Shown piece after piece: positions 18,839 through 19,328 of a stretch of DNA of 19,328 bases (positions are counted from its first letter, which is position 1; each line of letters starts with the position of its first letter). Under the pieces are notes generated by a model. The model made no database searches. It was given only the letters and a program-made list of their open reading frames with translations, and was not told the origin of the DNA. The DNA is taken from contig JBJCIZ010000722.1 of assembly GCA_051294375.1 (NCBI GenBank), forward strand, positions 22,327 to 41,654. Direction: 5' to 3'. The stretch is from Paraspadella gotoi. Its lineage: Eukaryota; Animalia; Chaetognatha. A program made the translations under genes and the position numbers.

Positions 18839-19328
18839 AATATTATGTTTACGATAGGAGAGATGCGTTCAATATCAAGCGTGCAAACGGACTACACAAA
18901 TTTTTCATCTTACAGTTTCGCCTACATAAAAAGCTCGCCACCACTGCAGCGCAGATACTCTTAACTTCTCTAACCACGACTTTCTTTTCTATCTCTCTAT
19001 CTGCTAAATAAAAAAACCACTCTTTCTCTCTCTCTCTCTCTCTTTCTCTCTTTCTCTCTGCATCACAAAAGGCTACAACAAGCTGCAGAAAAAAAATCCT
19101 TTGATCTTTTCCGATCTTTCCGATCATCCGATCTTTCATTTTATCAAAGTCTTAAAAAAATTGAAAACTGAAACTGAGGAATGAATTCAAGAATTGAAAA
19201 TAATTATATTCGCGCTCAGTTAGAGAGAGAGAGAGAGAGAGAGAGAAAGAAAATAATTTTAAAAAATCAGTTTTGTCTTTTTCCTCTCAAATTTAAAAAC
19301 TGTCCCAATTGGCACCTCTCTTTACTAC

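Noticed and set aside
18849-19139. 96-aa minus-strand ORF
   Set aside because: It crosses a GA microsatellite and an intron-like tract; more likely the 5' UTR/intron of the membrane protein gene.
1-19328. Alternative (ciliate-type) genetic code
   Set aside because: Long exons are free of TAA/TAG, and predicted genes end in TAA, TAG and TGA at sensible positions.

Overview
AT-rich eukaryotic DNA with one 25-N assembly gap. It carries a compact, virus-like gene cluster that the ORF track fragments because almost every gene has spliceosomal introns. Manual splicing rebuilds an uninterrupted 8-exon, ~1507-aa protein-primed family B DNA polymerase of the Maverick/Polinton/adintovirus type (8838-14152). 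It has an N-terminal vOTU-like Cys/His region, a Zn finger, Exo I-III with an inserted endonuclease VII-like module, and pol motifs A/B/C. Two of its 7 introns split catalytic motifs A and C. Upstream on the same strand are a Zn-finger-rich ORF and three diverged paralogs of an unrecognised ~180-200-aa family. Downstream is an 8-exon gene with possible tandem PC4-like ssDNA-binding domains that appears to need a non-canonical GA-AG intron. A convergent 4-exon single-pass membrane protein gene follows. I saw no capsid, packaging ATPase, integrase or terminal inverted repeat in the window. Best reading: an intron-rich (22 predicted coding introns) pPolB-encoding endogenous virus or self-synthesising element, or a domesticated derivative, probably in an invertebrate. 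All gene models are manual predictions without transcript support.
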